Source of the DNA: an uncultured Gammaproteobacteria bacterium
GTDB taxonomy: Bacteria; Pseudomonadota; Gammaproteobacteria; CAWCPV01
DNA: 64,000 bases
Direction of reading: 5' to 3'
Assembly: GCA_963797555.1 (NCBI GenBank)
Contig: CAWCPV010000004.1
Location: 448,001 to 512,000, forward strand
Shown: one piece after another, positions 52,878 to 64,000 of the stretch
Numbering within the stretch: position 1 is the first letter of the stretch
Layout: the number at the start of each line of letters is the position of its first letter
Notes under the pieces: generated by a model
What the model was told of the DNA's origin: nothing
What the model saw: the letters and a program-made list of their open reading frames with translations, nothing else
Databases searched by the model: none
Program-made: the position numbers and the translations under genes

Positions 52878-55401
52878 GTGCAGCCGATTCAGCAGTCTTT
52901 CCAGCCGCTGCACACCAGCACGTGGCCGCCGATTGTCGTTTTCTTGGTTCTGGCCGCGGCTATCGCGGGTCTGGCCTACGTCGTCTTCGACCGTGTGGAG
53001 CAGGGCGTCAGCGCACAGCAGCAGGCCCTGCTGGCCGCGATTGCGGACCTGAAGGTCCGCGAAACCGCTTCGTGGATGGCGGAACGGCGGGGAGACGCCA
53101 AGGTCCTCACCCGCGACTCATTCTTGGCGGAACAAGTCGAACGCTGGCTGCAACAAGGTGCTCCACCGGACGCGGTGAGTCAGAAGCTCGCGCGCCGGTT
53201 GGGGAGCATCCAGGAAGCTTACGGTTACCGGGGTGTGTCGCTGCTCGACGAGCGCGGCGAGCTGAAGCTCGGCGCGGGGGAAAGCGGCGGGCCGATGGAG
53301 CCGGAGGACAAGAGCTTGGCGCTGAGGGCCATCCACAGCGGCGCGGTGGTGACTTCGGGCCTCCATTGGGCCGGTGGGCGGGAGTCGCGCGGCATTGAAT
53401 TCGACTTGGTGGCGCCGCTGCTCCTGACCGACGGCGGCCACACACGCTCTGTGGGTGCCCTCGTGCTGTCGATCGACCCGCAGCGGTACCTTTACCCGCT
53501 CATCCAGTCGTGGCCGACGCCGAGCCTCAGCGCGGAGACGCTCCTGGTCCGACGGGAGGGCGACGAGGTCGTGTTCCTGAACGAGCTGCGTCACCGCGGG
53601 GGCACGGCCCTCAAATTCCGCCTGCCGGTCACTACCAGGAATTTGCCGGCAGCCTTGGGACTGCACGGGCGGGAAGGCGTATTCGAGGGCGCCGACTACC
53701 GCGGGGTCCCGGTGCTCGCGGCGGCGCGCAAGGTTCCGCAGACCCCGTGGACCCTCATCGCCAAGGTGGACCTGGCGGAGATATACGCCCCGATCCATGC
53801 ATTCGCCCTGGCGATGGCTGCCGTCACCGGCCTGCTCATCGCTGCAGCGGGCCTATCGACCGCCTGGTGGTGGCGACAGCAGGGCGCTCGTTACGAGGCG
53901 GCACGGTACCGGACGGAGATGGAACGGCGGGCACTGTCCGAGCACTTCGACTACCTTACCCGCTACGCCAACGACAGCGTGCTGCTGGCGGACGAGTTTC
54001 GCTGCATCATCGAGGTCAACGAGCGTGCCGTGGACACGTACGGCTACGCCCGCGACGAGCTGCTCGGCACGGATCTCCGCCGGCTTCGGACACCGGCCTC
54101 CCTTTCCGATGCGCACCCAGGGTTCCAGGACTTGGAGCTCGCGGGCGTCGTCTACGAGACGGTCCATCGGCGCAAGGACGGCACGACCTTCCCGGTCGAG
54201 GTCAGCGCACGCGGCATCGTGGTCGAGGGCGGGAAGTTCTACCAGCAGATCATCCGGGACATTACCGAGCGCAAGCGTGCCGAAGAGGCGGTGCGGGACA
54301 GCGAAGCGCTGTTTCGAGGCTACTTCGAGCGCGGGCTGATCGGAATGGCCATCACCTCTCCGCAGAAGGGCTGGGTCGAGGTCAACGACCGCCTGTGCGA
54401 GATGCTGGGCTACTCGCGGGACGAGTTGCGGACGATGACCTGGGCGCAGCTCACCTACCCCGATGACCTGGCGCCGAGTGTCGCCCAGTTCGACAGGGTC
54501 CTCGCCGCGGAGAGCGACGATTATCGGCTCGATGCGCGCTTCATTCACAAGGACGGGCGCGTGGTTCACACCAATCGCTCGGTAGGCTGCGTCCGAAACC
54601 CCGACGGGAGCGTTCACCACTTCGTCGTCTCGGTGCAGGATGTCACGGAGCGAAAGCGGGCCGAGGACGAGATCCGCAGGCTCAACGCCGAGCTGGAACA
54701 GCGCGTGGCGGAGCGCACGGCCCAGCTCGAAGCCGCCAACCAGGAGCTGGAAGCGTTCGCCTACTCGGTGTCCCACGATCTGCGCGGCCCGCTGCGCGCC
54801 ATCGACGGGTTCAGCCAGGCGCTGCTCGAGGACTACCCCGCCGCCCTGGATGCGCAGGGGCGGGAGTATCTGCAGCGGGTGAGGGCAGCGACCCAGCACA
54901 TGGGCCGCCTCATCGAAGATATCTTGAAGCTGTCGCGCGTCACGCGCAGCGAGATGAGCTGGGCGCCGGTGGATTCTGAGCGCCCTGGCAAGGGCCTGCG
55001 CTGGGGAGCTGCAGCAGAGCCAGCCGGAGCGGAACGTCGAGCTGGTGGTCGCGGACGGGGCCGTGGTCGAGGGCGACGCTCAGCTCCTGAGGGTGGTCCT
55101 GGATAACCTGTTGCGGAATGCGTGGAAGTTCACGGGCACCCACGCGCACGCGCGTATCGAGTTCGGCGTCACGCAGGTCGACGGCGCGCGGACCTTTTTC
55201 GTGCGCGACGACGGCGCGGGCTTCGATCCCACATACGCCCACAAGCTGTTCACGCCCTTTCAGAGGCTTCACTCCGACAGGGAGTTTCCCGGGACCGGCA
55301 TCGGCCTGGCGACCGTGCAGCGGGTGCTGCGGCGCCACGGCGGGCGTGCCTGGGCCGAAGGGGCCGTGGAGGGGGGCGCCACGTTTTATTTTTCGCTGTG
55401 A
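52878..55401 (+). CDS. Membrane-bound Cache/PAS-PAS histidine kinase (frameshift ~54975)
   Basis: Two TMs, periplasmic domain, two [29 protein letters not shown]. Confidence 0.88.
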
Positions 55402-55490
55402 CCAGCGCTGATACGGCGCTTCGCTGCGTGGGTGCGCCTCGCTCTCGGGCCCCTTGCGACGATTTCTTCACATGCTCTGAGGAGGGCGAT

Positions 55491-55946
55491 GTGGACGCGC
55501 GGACCAAGGTGATACTGCTGGTGGAAGACAACCTCGACGACGTGGATCTGGCTCGGCGGGCATTCAAGAAAAGCAATCTGGTGAACGACATCGTGGTCGC
55601 CAGCGACGGGGTGGAGGCGCTGGACTACCTGTTCGGGAACGGCGCATTTGCGGGCCGCGACCCGAGCCTCATGCCCGCCATCGTCCTGTTGGACCTGAAG
55701 CTGCCCAAGGTGGATGGTCTGGAGGTGCTGCGCCGGTTGCGGGCCGACGAGCGGACCCGCTACGTCCCGGTGGTCATCCTGACCTCCTCGGCGGAGGAGC
55801 GGGATGTGGTCGAGAGCTACAAGCTGGGCTGTAACAGCTATATCCGCAAGCCGGTGGACTTCGTTCAGTTCACCGAAGCCGTGCATCAGCTCGGCCTCTA
55901 CTGGCTGCTCCTGAACGAGCCGCCGCCCGCTGCCGGTGGTGGCTGA
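55491..55946 (+). CDS. Single-domain response regulator
   Basis: [28 protein letters not shown]; GAGGAGG RBS. Confidence 0.92.
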   Translation: MDARTKVILLVEDNLDDVDLARRAFKKSNLVNDIVVASDGVEALDYLFGNGAFAGRDPSLMPAIVLLDLKLPKVDGLEVLRRLRADERTRYVPVVILTSSAEERDVVESYKLGCNSYIRKPVDFVQFTEAVHQLGLYWLLLNEPPPAAGGG

Positions 55947-58644
55947 CGTGGGCTCTCGCCTGCGCGTGCTCATGATCGAGGACTCCGCGAACGACGCGCG
56001 GCTCCTGGAGCGCTCGCTGCGCAAGGAGTGGAGCGACCTCATCGTGCAGCGCGTCGATACGCCCGAAGCGCTGGAGGAAGCCCTGTCGACGCAGGAATGG
56101 GACGTCGTCCTGTCCGACGAAAACATGCCGCGGTTCAGTGCGGGGGCGGCTCTGGACATCCTGAAACGCCGCGGGCTCGCACTCCCTTGCATCGTGGTCT
56201 CCGGCCTGCTCTCGATGGAGGGTGCGGTCGGCCTGATGAAGGCCGGCGCCCACGACTTTGTGCGCAAGGACGACCTGGCCCGGCTGGCGCCGGCGATCCG
56301 TCGCGAGATCAGAGACGCCGAGGTCCGACGGCGTCGGAGGCAGGCAGAGCTGGCGGTCAAGGAGTCGGAGGAGAAGTACCGGCGCCTGGTGGAGAACCTG
56401 GCGAGCGGCTACGTTCTGTACAGCCATGACACCCAGGGCGTGTTCACCTACGTCAGCCCCTCCGTGACTTCTGTGCTCGGCTACTCGCCCGAGGAGTTCC
56501 TGACACATTACGCGGAGCATCTGACCGGCGCGCCCGTCAATCACGGGGTCGTCGAGCACACCGCCGGGACCCTGCGAGGAGAGCCGCAGCCTCCTTATCA
56601 GGTGGAGCTGTGTCACCAGGATGGCTCCCTACGCACCTTCGAGGTCCAGGAGGTGCCGGTCCTCGACGAAAACGGCCAAGTGACCGCCGTCGAGGGCGTG
56701 GCCCATGACGTCACGGCGCAACGACGCATGGTCGCGGCCCTGGCCGCGAGCGAGGAGCGCTTCCGGCTCGCCATGCGCGGGGCCAACGACGGGCTGTGGG
56801 ACTGGAATCTCGAGACCGACGAAGTCTACTACTCACCGCGCTGGAAGAGCATGTTGGGCTATGCCGACGAGGAGGTTGGCGCCAGTCCCGACGAATGGCG
56901 CACACGTCTCCACCCCGACGACTTGGAGCGCGTCTCATCAGCGGCGCAGAGCTACCTCCGCGGGGAGACGGACAGCTATGAGGCGGAGTTCCGGATGCGC
57001 CACAAGGACGGCCATCACGTGGACATCCTCGCCCGCGCGCTTGCGCTGCGCGACGCCCGCGGCAAGGCATTGCGTTTGACGGGGACGCACGTCGATGTCA
57101 GCGAGCGTAACCGGGCGGCACGGGAGCTGCGCGACAGCGAATCACGGGTGCGGCTGCTGCTCGATTCCACCGAGGAAGGGATCTACGCCATCGACACCGC
57201 AGGCGTGTGCACGATGTGCAACCCCGCAGCTGCCCGCCTGCTGGGCTACAGCCAGCCGCAGGCGCTGCTCGGCAAGGTGCTGCATGGGCTCGTCCACCAC
57301 AGCTACCCCGACGGTACCGAGTACCCCACCGAAGCGTGCCGGATCCACCGCGTGGTCCTCGATGGGACTCCGGCCCACAGCGAGGACGAGATGTACTGGC
57401 GGGCAGATGGGACGCGCTTCCCCGCGGAGGTCCGGGCGGCGCCCATTCGCCGGGACGGAGCGATCGTCGGTGCAGTGGTGAGCTTCTTCGACATCACGCA
57501 GCGCAAAGAGACCGAGCGTACCCTGCGGCGCCTCAGCCGCGCCCAGACGGCCTTGTCCCGGTGCAACGCGGCCATGGTGCGCGCCAGCGACGAGGCGGAG
57601 CTGACTCAGGCGGTATGCGATCTCCTGGTCGACGTGGGAGGCTACCGCCTTGCCTGGGTCGGCTCCGCCGAGCCCTCCGGGGATGGGCTGCGCCTGGTGG
57701 TGGTGGCTGGAGATCGCATCGATGTCCTGGAATCGGAGGGGCTCGCGCTGGAAGAAGCGGAACGCGAATTGGCGCGCTGGTGCGCCGCACTCGCTGTTCG
57801 CACCGGCCAGAGGCAGGTGGTTCGCGACCTTTCGCAAGCACCTGACTATGCGGCATTTGCGGCGTGTGGTCACCGTTCCTGTCTGTCCGTGCCGCTGCTC
57901 GACGAAGGCAAGTCCTTCGGTACTCTGAGCGTTCACGCGGCCGAGGTGGACGCATTCGACGCCGAGGAGCTGGCCCTGCTGGAAGAGCTCGCCAGCGATC
58001 TGGCTTACGGAATCCGCATGCTGCGCACTCAGAAGCAGCGGGACGAGGCACATGCTGGACTGGAGAAGTCCCTGCTGCAGACCATCGAGGCGGTGGCCCT
58101 GACCGTGGAGAAGCGCGACCCTTACACGGCAGGCCACCAGCGGCGCGTCGCCCAGCTCGCTGCGGCGATGGCCGAGGACATGGGGCTATCCGAGAGTCGC
58201 GTGCACGGTCTGCGCCTGGGGGCCATGATCCACGATATCGGCAAGATCTACATACCGGCCGAGATCCTCACTCGGCCGGGCAAGCTGTCCGAGGTGGAGT
58301 TCAAGCTGATCCAGACCCATCCCGAGGTGGGTTTCGAGATCATGAGGGGAGTGGAGTTCCCGTGGCCCGTCCAGGCGATGATCCTGCAGCACCATGAACG
58401 CTTGGACGGGTCCGGATACCCGCGGGGTCTGAGAGGAGAAGACATCCTACGCGAGGCCAAGATCCTGGGGGTGGCGGACGTGGTCGAGGCGATGGCCTCC
58501 CACCGACCCTTTCGTGTCGCCTTGGGTATCGAGGTTGCCCTGCAGGAGATCCAGCGCGGCCGGGGCACCCTCTATGACCCCGAAGCGGTGGATTCCTGTG
58601 TCCGGCTCTTCGGGGACGGCCGGTTCAAGTGGGAGAGTGGGTAG
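55936..58644 (+). CDS. REC-PAS-PAS-PAS-GAF-HD-GYP phosphodiesterase
   Basis: Receiver, three [23 protein letters not shown]. Confidence 0.9.
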   Translation: MVADVGSRLRVLMIEDSANDARLLERSLRKEWSDLIVQRVDTPEALEEALSTQEWDVVLSDENMPRFSAGAALDILKRRGLALPCIVVSGLLSMEGAVGLMKAGAHDFVRKDDLARLAPAIRREIRDAEVRRRRRQAELAVKESEEKYRRLVENLASGYVLYSHDTQGVFTYVSPSVTSVLGYSPEEFLTHYAEHLTGAPVNHGVVEHTAGTLRGEPQPPYQVELCHQDGSLRTFEVQEVPVLDENGQVTAVEGVAHDVTAQRRMVAALAASEERFRLAMRGANDGLWDWNLETDEVYYSPRWKSMLGYADEEVGASPDEWRTRLHPDDLERVSSAAQSYLRGETDSYEAEFRMRHKDGHHVDILARALALRDARGKALRLTGTHVDVSERNRAARELRDSESRVRLLLDSTEEGIYAIDTAGVCTMCNPAAARLLGYSQPQALLGKVLHGLVHHSYPDGTEYPTEACRIHRVVLDGTPAHSEDEMYWRADGTRFPAEVRAAPIRRDGAIVGAVVSFFDITQRKETERTLRRLSRAQTALSRCNAAMVRASDEAELTQAVCDLLVDVGGYRLAWVGSAEPSGDGLRLVVVAGDRIDVLESEGLALEEAERELARWCAALAVRTGQRQVVRDLSQAPDYAAFAACGHRSCLSVPLLDEGKSFGTLSVHAAEVDAFDAEELALLEELASDLAYGIRMLRTQKQRDEAHAGLEKSLLQTIEAVALTVEKRDPYTAGHQRRVAQLAAAMAEDMGLSESRVHGLRLGAMIHDIGKIYIPAEILTRPGKLSEVEFKLIQTHPEVGFEIMRGVEFPWPVQAMILQHHERLDGSGYPRGLRGEDILREAKILGVADVVEAMASHRPFRVALGIEVALQEIQRGRGTLYDPEAVDSCVRLFGDGRFKWESG

Positions 58645-59018
58645 ACCGGTCGACGCGTAGCTCTCGCGTGGCGGTCCCTGCGCCCCCTGGCGGTTGGGCC
58701 CCGGATCGAGAAGGGCTGGAATCCGACTGCGGGGTCTACCGGCAGCACCTGCCCGCCAAGACGCTCAGCACGTTTTCCGCGACCTCGCGCCTCACGCCAG
58801 AAAGCGGCCCTGCCCGGTGCCCTTGACACGGCAGGGTGCATCGTCACGGCCGCGGGGCGAGGGGCTAATTCCGCCGCCGTCCGGCCCCGACACCACAGAG
58901 CTTCAACGCCGCCGTCGGCGCGGCGCGCCTCGAACGGCGGCCCGCCTTGACATGCGATATGGGTCGATGTTACCAAGCAGTCGCAGTCAATACCCACAAC
59001 ATGAATGGAGGAGTGCAC

Positions 59019-60527
59019 ATGAACGCCGAGACAAAGCGCAGACCATACGACCGGCGCCGGTGGAGGGGCCTGTGCCTCGCTGCCTGCCTCATCGGAATAA
59101 GCAGTGCCGGGCACGCCGCTGCGGCGACGGCCGAGGCCGGTAAGGCGTGGGGCGACCCGGCCGGCCAGGCATGCATCGCGTGCCACATGACCCAGAGTCC
59201 CGGGCTCTACTGGGAATGGAACAACAGCAAGCACGGCCAGCGGGGCGTCAATTGCTTCGATTGCCACAAGGCGGAGAAGGGAGACATCGACGGTTTCGAG
59301 CATATGGGGCAACGTATCTCCATCATCGTGAGCCCCAAGGACTGCTCGCGCTGTCACAAGACCCAGTACGACCAAATGGAGGGGTCGCACCACGCCAAAG
59401 CCGGCGATATCTTGGCCTCACTGGACAACCTGCTGGGCGAGGTGCTCGGGGGACCGGCCGCGGTGAACGCGGGCTGCCGGCAATGTCACGGCGCCAAGGT
59501 CGAGGTCGGCCCGGATGGCAAACCGACGCCGACCACCTGGCCGAACACGGGGATCGGACGCATCAACCCGGACGGCTCCAAGGGCTCTTGCACCGCTTGC
59601 CACGGTCGTCACGCGTTCAGCCGGGCCCAGGCGCGTACCCCTGACACCTGCGGCAAGTGCCACGTCGGGCCGGACCATCCCCAGCAGGAGGTTTACAACG
59701 AGTCCAAGCACGGAATCCTGTTCCACTCGAATGTCTTCGACATGAACCTCAACTCCGACAAGTGGGTCGCCGGCGTCGACTACTCGGCCGCACCCACCTG
59801 TGCCACCTGCCACATGAGCGCTGCGCCCGGCATCGAGAGGACCCATGATGTCGGCGAGCGCATCTCCTGGACGCTGCGCCCGCCGATTTCGACGAAGATC
59901 AACCTGGTGCGCCTGGCTAACGGCGACGAGTTCGACGTGCCGGAGGGCAAGGAGCTCCCCAAGGTGGGGGCCGAGGTCAAGGGGGCCAAAGTGGTCGAGG
60001 TGCTCACCTGGAAGGAGCGGCGGGCCAAGATGCAGATCGTCTGCAAAGCCTGCCACGCCAGCGGCCTGGTGGAGGGCCATTACAAGCAGTTCGATGACGT
60101 TGTGGATCTCTACGACGACAAGTTCGCCAAGCCCATCGCGGGAGTCATGAACGAACTCGTGAAGGGCGGCTATCTGACGCCGGCCCCCTTCGACGAGCCT
60201 ATCGAGTGGACTTGGTGGGAAATCTGGCACCACGAAGGTCGACGGGCCCGTCACGGAGCGTCCATGAACGGTCCGGACTACACTTGGTGGCACGGACTCT
60301 ACGAGGTGGCCAAGCACACTTACTTCGAGTGGATCCCGCAGCTCAAAGAGGTGGTCAAGAAGAAGGACGGCAACACGAAGAAGGCCAACGAGCTCCTCGC
60401 CAAGTACTTCAAGCCCATCGAGGGCCATGACTGGTACTTCCACGGCCTGAGCAAGGAGCAGATCGAAAAGGTGCGCGAGGGCTACGCGAAGCGCTATGGA
60501 AAGGCCGGCGCGGGTGCCGTGGAGTAG
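59019..60527 (+). CDS. Octaheme cytochrome c, hydroxylamine oxidoreductase family
   Basis: Signal peptide; eight CxxCH; GPDHPQ.EVYNESKHG, APTCATCHM, HHEGRRARHGASM.GPDYTWWHG; GGAGG RBS. Confidence 0.88.
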   Translation: MNAETKRRPYDRRRWRGLCLAACLIGISSAGHAAAATAEAGKAWGDPAGQACIACHMTQSPGLYWEWNNSKHGQRGVNCFDCHKAEKGDIDGFEHMGQRISIIVSPKDCSRCHKTQYDQMEGSHHAKAGDILASLDNLLGEVLGGPAAVNAGCRQCHGAKVEVGPDGKPTPTTWPNTGIGRINPDGSKGSCTACHGRHAFSRAQARTPDTCGKCHVGPDHPQQEVYNESKHGILFHSNVFDMNLNSDKWVAGVDYSAAPTCATCHMSAAPGIERTHDVGERISWTLRPPISTKINLVRLANGDEFDVPEGKELPKVGAEVKGAKVVEVLTWKERRAKMQIVCKACHASGLVEGHYKQFDDVVDLYDDKFAKPIAGVMNELVKGGYLTPAPFDEPIEWTWWEIWHHEGRRARHGASMNGPDYTWWHGLYEVAKHTYFEWIPQLKEVVKKKDGNTKKANELLAKYFKPIEGHDWYFHGLSKEQIEKVREGYAKRYGKAGAGAVE

Positions 60528-60550
60528 TGCGCTCTAGGTGGTGACGGTGT

Positions 60551-60581
60551 GCTGCCCCTCCCGGAGGCCGGGAGGGGCAGC
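60551..60581. terminator. 14-bp-stem hairpin between convergent genes
   Basis: GCTGCCCCTCCCGG-AGG-CCGGGAGGGGCAGC; no U-tract, so may be a REP-like hairpin instead. Confidence 0.45.
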
Positions 60582-60653
60582 GCTTCGCTCTCGCGGGTCC
60601 GGGGCCGGCGGTTTTCTCCGCGAGCCCGAGATTTCGTTCTCGCTGGCGGCGTT

Positions 60654-62690
60654 TCAACGCCCCTTGCGGTACTCCTCCTCCAGTTGCTTCTGGACGCTCG
60701 GTGGCACCGGCTCGTAGTGGCTGAAGTCCATGCGGAAGGTGCCGGCGCCGCCGGTGATCGACTTGAGCTTCGACTCGTAGCCGCCGAGTTCCGCCAGAGG
60801 GACGAGAGCCTTGATGGCGAGGGCCCCGCTCGGCAGGTGGTCGGTCCCGCCGATGCGGGCGCGCCGGGCCGAGAGGTCGCCGGTGATGTCGCCCACGACC
60901 GCGGCGGGCGAGCTGATCTCGACGCTCACGATGGGCTCCAGCACCACGGGCCGCGCGGCCAGGGCCGCCTCCTGCATGGCTTTCTTGCCCGCGGCGATGA
61001 AGGCGACCTCCTTGCCGTCGACCGGGTGGGTCTTGCCATCGTAGACGGTAACCCGGACGTCCTGCAGTGGATGGCCGGCGAGAATGCCTTCCTCCAGCGC
61101 CTCGCGCACGCCTCTCTCCACCGCCGGGATGAACTGATTGGGGATGGCGGCCCCGACGACCTTGTCGACGAACTCGAAGCCGCCGCCACGGGGCAGGGGC
61201 TCGACGCGCAAGTACACCTCGCCGAACTGACCGGCGCCCCCGGTCTGCTTCTTGTGCCGGTGGTGCCCCTCGGCGGGAGCGGTAATGGTCTCCCGGTAAG
61301 GGACGCTCGGTGCATGGGTCTCCACTTCGACGTGGTAGCGGGTCTTGAGGCGCTCCATCACCATGCGCAGGTGCAGCTCCCCCAGTCCCCACAGAATGGT
61401 TTCGTTGCGGGCCTGCTCCAGGCGCAAGCAGGGGTCCTCGTCCAACAGCTTGTGCAGCGCGTCGGCGAGCTTTTGCTCGTCGCCCCGGCGCAGCGGCTCG
61501 ATGGCCAGACCCTGCATCGGGGGCGGACACTCCATGGACTTCAGATGATGGTGGTCCTCGTCGTGGGAGTCGTGCACGACGGCGTCGAAGTGCAGGTCGT
61601 CGACTTTGGCCACGGCGCAGATATCGCCCGCGACGGCGCGGTTCAGCACCGTCTGGCTGTTGCCTTGGAGCCGGTAGAGGTGACCCACCTTGAAGGGCTT
61701 TCGGGCGTCCCCGATGTGGAGTTGGCCGTTGGTGATTACCGTCCCCTGGTGAACGCGGAGCATCGCGAGCTTGCCCTTGTAGGGGTCGTTGCTCACCTTG
61801 AACACGTGGCCGATGACGTGCCGCTCCGGGTCGGGCAGCACTTCTACGGGCGTTGCAGCCGTCCCCTCACCCTTGAGGAACGGCGGGGGATTGCCTTCCG
61901 TGGGGTTGGGCATGAGGCGCGAGAGCACCCGCAGCACCTCGTCCAGCCCGGCGCCCGTGCGTGCCGAGACGAAGCACACCGGGATCAGGTGTCCTTCGCG
62001 CAGCGCCGCCTCGAAGGGCTCGTGGAGCTGATCGGGCTGTAGAGATTCCCCCTGCTCCAGATACAGGGTCATGAGCTCTTCGTCGACCTCCACCACCTGA
62101 TCGACCATGGCCTCGTGGGCCTCCTCCACCGAAGAGAAGTCCACCGGCTGGGCCTGGGGATCGAAGAAGCAGTCCACGACGCGGCGCCCCCCGTCGGCGG
62201 GCAGGTTCAGGGGCAGGCACTCGGAGCCGAATGCCGCGCGGAGGTCCGTGAGCAGTGCCCTGAGGTCGATATCGGGGGAATCTATCTTGTTGACGATGAT
62301 CAGCCGATCCAGCCCTCGCTTGGCCGCGGTCTCCATCATTCGCCGGGTGACGGGCTCGATCCCCGCCGCGGCGCTCACCACGACGGCGGCGGTTTCCACG
62401 GCAGACAGAACGGTGAGGGCACGGCCGAAGAGGTCCGGATGGCCGGGCGTGTCCAGGAGGTTGACGTGGCAGCCGTCGGTCTCGAGATGCAGGAGCGAGG
62501 TGTCGAGGGAATACCCCTGAGCCTGCTCCAGAGGGTCGAAGTCGCTGACCGTGCCGGCGCTCCCCACGCTGCCGGCCTGGGGGATGGCCCCGGCGCGGGC
62601 CAGCAGCGCCTCGGCGAGGGTGGTCTTACCCGCCCCCGTGTGCCCCACGAGGGCGATGTTGCGGATGTCCTTGGTGGCATTGGCGGACAT
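60654..62690 (-). CDS. Divergent EF-G-like GTPase (EF-G2 type)
   Basis: GHTGAGKTT, DTPGH, NKID, GLGELHL, KKQTGGAGQFG; RGITI replaced by QGYSL. Confidence 0.88.
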   Translation of the reverse strand: MSANATKDIRNIALVGHTGAGKTTLAEALLARAGAIPQAGSVGSAGTVSDFDPLEQAQGYSLDTSLLHLETDGCHVNLLDTPGHPDLFGRALTVLSAVETAAVVVSAAAGIEPVTRRMMETAAKRGLDRLIIVNKIDSPDIDLRALLTDLRAAFGSECLPLNLPADGGRRVVDCFFDPQAQPVDFSSVEEAHEAMVDQVVEVDEELMTLYLEQGESLQPDQLHEPFEAALREGHLIPVCFVSARTGAGLDEVLRVLSRLMPNPTEGNPPPFLKGEGTAATPVEVLPDPERHVIGHVFKVSNDPYKGKLAMLRVHQGTVITNGQLHIGDARKPFKVGHLYRLQGNSQTVLNRAVAGDICAVAKVDDLHFDAVVHDSHDEDHHHLKSMECPPPMQGLAIEPLRRGDEQKLADALHKLLDEDPCLRLEQARNETILWGLGELHLRMVMERLKTRYHVEVETHAPSVPYRETITAPAEGHHRHKKQTGGAGQFGEVYLRVEPLPRGGGFEFVDKVVGAAIPNQFIPAVERGVREALEEGILAGHPLQDVRVTVYDGKTHPVDGKEVAFIAAGKKAMQEAALAARPVVLEPIVSVEISSPAAVVGDITGDLSARRARIGGTDHLPSGALAIKALVPLAELGGYESKLKSITGGAGTFRMDFSHYEPVPPSVQKQLEEEYRKGR

Positions 62691-62883
62691 GGCTGGGCTC
62701 CTGTGCGATTCTGCTTTTCAGTATACCTGCCGGAGGCCGTTCAGGCCGCTCGCCTCGGGGGTCGATAGGCCGATAGGGTGCGGCCATCGGCAGCCCCGCC
62801 TGCGAGAGCATCCGCTGGCGCTGGCGGATGCCGCCAAGCGCGGATGGCGCTTCGCTCGTGCTGCGCAGGAGCGCGCCTGAAGG

Positions 62884-62965
62884 CGTCGCGAGCGGTCCGA
62901 GAACGAGGGGCACGGAGCGCAGCGACGAGACCTGATCGAGTAGAGTGGCGAGGAGCGACCGAATG
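62884..62965 (+). repeat. Dispersed repeat related to 8278-8357
   Basis: TCGCGAGCGGTCCGAGAACGAGGGGCACGGAGCG...GAGAC...GGAGCGACC vs TCGCGAGCGGCCCGAGAGCGAGGCGCACGCAGCG...GAGAC...GGAGTGACC. Confidence 0.6.
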
Positions 62966-63009
62966 ACCGACCCGCAGGTTTCGGGCGCGGCTGGGGGGCG
63001 CCTTGCGGG

Positions 63010-63252
63010 TCAGGCCGATGTCTTCAATAGCGCATACAGCCGGTCTTTCAGGCGCACCCGACGCTTCTTCAGATCCTCGATGGTTTCGTCGGCCACCGGC
63101 TGACCGAGCGCCTCCAGATCCCGGATCTGGGTGTCGATCTCATCGTACTGATCCATGAGCTGTGAGAATGTGCCATACGCCTTCCTCAGCTCATGGATCC
63201 TGCTCTCCAGTTCGGGGAATTCGTGCACTAGATCGTGGGGCTCACCAAGCAT
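63010..63252 (-). CDS. YdcH/DUF465 family protein
   Basis: HDLVHEFPE...IHEL...LKKRRVRLKDRLY; GGAGA RBS. Confidence 0.85.
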   Translation of the reverse strand: MLGEPHDLVHEFPELESRIHELRKAYGTFSQLMDQYDEIDTQIRDLEALGQPVADETIEDLKKRRVRLKDRLYALLKTSA

Positions 63253-63308
63253 GCTTGTCTCTCCCGCCGCGACGCGCACCGGATGGTATAACACTCGGGC
63301 CATGTTCA

Positions 63309-64000
63309 TCAAACCTCTGGCGGACGCGGCGGACTGCCGCGCTGCTCGAGGATCGGGCGCAGGAACCTCGCGGTGTGGGAGCCCCTGCTGCGGGCGATGC
63401 CTTCCGGCGTGCCCTGGCTGACCACCTGTCCCCCGCCGTCACCGCCCTCCGGCCCGAGATCGATCACCCAGTCCGCCTCGGCGATGACGTCCAGATTGTG
63501 CTCGATGACCACCACCGTGTTGCCGGCGGCCACCAGACGGTGCAGGACGCGGACCAACTTCTCAACGTCCGCCATGTGCAGTCCGATGGTGGGCTCGTCG
63601 AGGACATACAGAGTCTGGGCGCCAGCCGCGGGCCGCTGCTCTCCCCACGCTTCGGGGCCGGTTTCTCCGGCCCCCGGTCTGGCTTTGGCCAGCTCGGTGA
63701 CCAGCTTGATGCGTTGCGCCTCGCCGCCGGAGAGCGTCGGGCTCGGCTGTCCCAGGGTGAGGTAGCCCAGCCCCACGTCTTGAAGCAGGCGAAGGACGTG
63801 GTGCACCGAAGGCTGCGCGGCGAAGAAGGCCGTCGCTTGGTCCACGCTCATGGCGAGCACCTCGCCGATGCTCTGGTCCTTGAAGCTCACCGCCAGCGTT
63901 TCGGGGTTGAACCGCGCCCCGCGGCAGACCTCGCACAGGACTTTGACGTCCGGGAGGAAGCTCATCTCCATGGTCTTGACGCCCTGGCCCTCGCAGGCCG
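63309..64000 (-). CDS. uvrA: Excinuclease ABC subunit A, C-terminal part (runs off window)
   Basis: [42 protein letters not shown]. Confidence 0.92.
   Translation of the reverse strand, partial: ACEGQGVKTMEMSFLPDVKVLCEVCRGARFNPETLAVSFKDQSIGEVLAMSVDQATAFFAAQPSVHHVLRLLQDVGLGYLTLGQPSPTLSGGEAQRIKLVTELAKARPGAGETGPEAWGEQRPAAGAQTLYVLDEPTIGLHMADVEKLVRVLHRLVAAGNTVVVIEHNLDVIAEADWVIDLGPEGGDGGGQVVSQGTPEGIARSRGSHTARFLRPILEQRGSPPRPPEV

Noticed and set aside
58947-58975. Promoter or FNR box upstream of the HAO-like gene
   Set aside because: TTGACA is present but there is no convincing -10 and no TTGAT-N4-ATCAA match

Overview
High-GC gammaproteobacterial-type chromosomal window, probably from an error-prone long-read assembly: many genes, including essential pyrG, carry single-base frameshifts. 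Left part: rnt, pyrC, an unannotated 30-aa membrane peptide with its own sigma70 promoter, pgm, DUF302, a 5-oxoprolinase/hydantoinase and the pyrG-kdsA-eno-ftsB-ispD-ispF cluster. Right after ispF lies a variable region (14.3-19.2 kb) with an IS4-family element inserted into a GGGGTCAG-type palindrome, an integron-cassette-like gene, and a ~840-bp gene duplication bracketed by inverted REP-like repeats. Then come USP genes and a TolC-MFP-RND efflux operon. A decayed type I R-M locus (28.4-35.7 kb) has a broken hsdM, only C-terminal stubs of hsdS, three toxin-antitoxin-like pairs coupled to those stubs, and a REP-associated HUH transposase (RAYT) in frame with an intact hsdR. The right part holds a cytochrome c peroxidase, ADH, HAD, Fpg/Nei and a large c-di-GMP cluster: a c-di-GMP-I riboswitch, kinases, GGDEF-EAL, two HD-GYP proteins and a degenerate-GGDEF/MshEN-like membrane protein beside a LysM protein. 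It ends with two EF-G paralogues, an octaheme HAO-like cytochrome, DUF465 and the 3' end of uvrA. Best candidates for new biology are the RAYT/TA-loaded type I R-M locus, the REP-bracketed duplication and the riboswitch-linked LysM + degenerate GGDEF-MshEN module. All family calls come from motif recognition by eye; no database searches were run.
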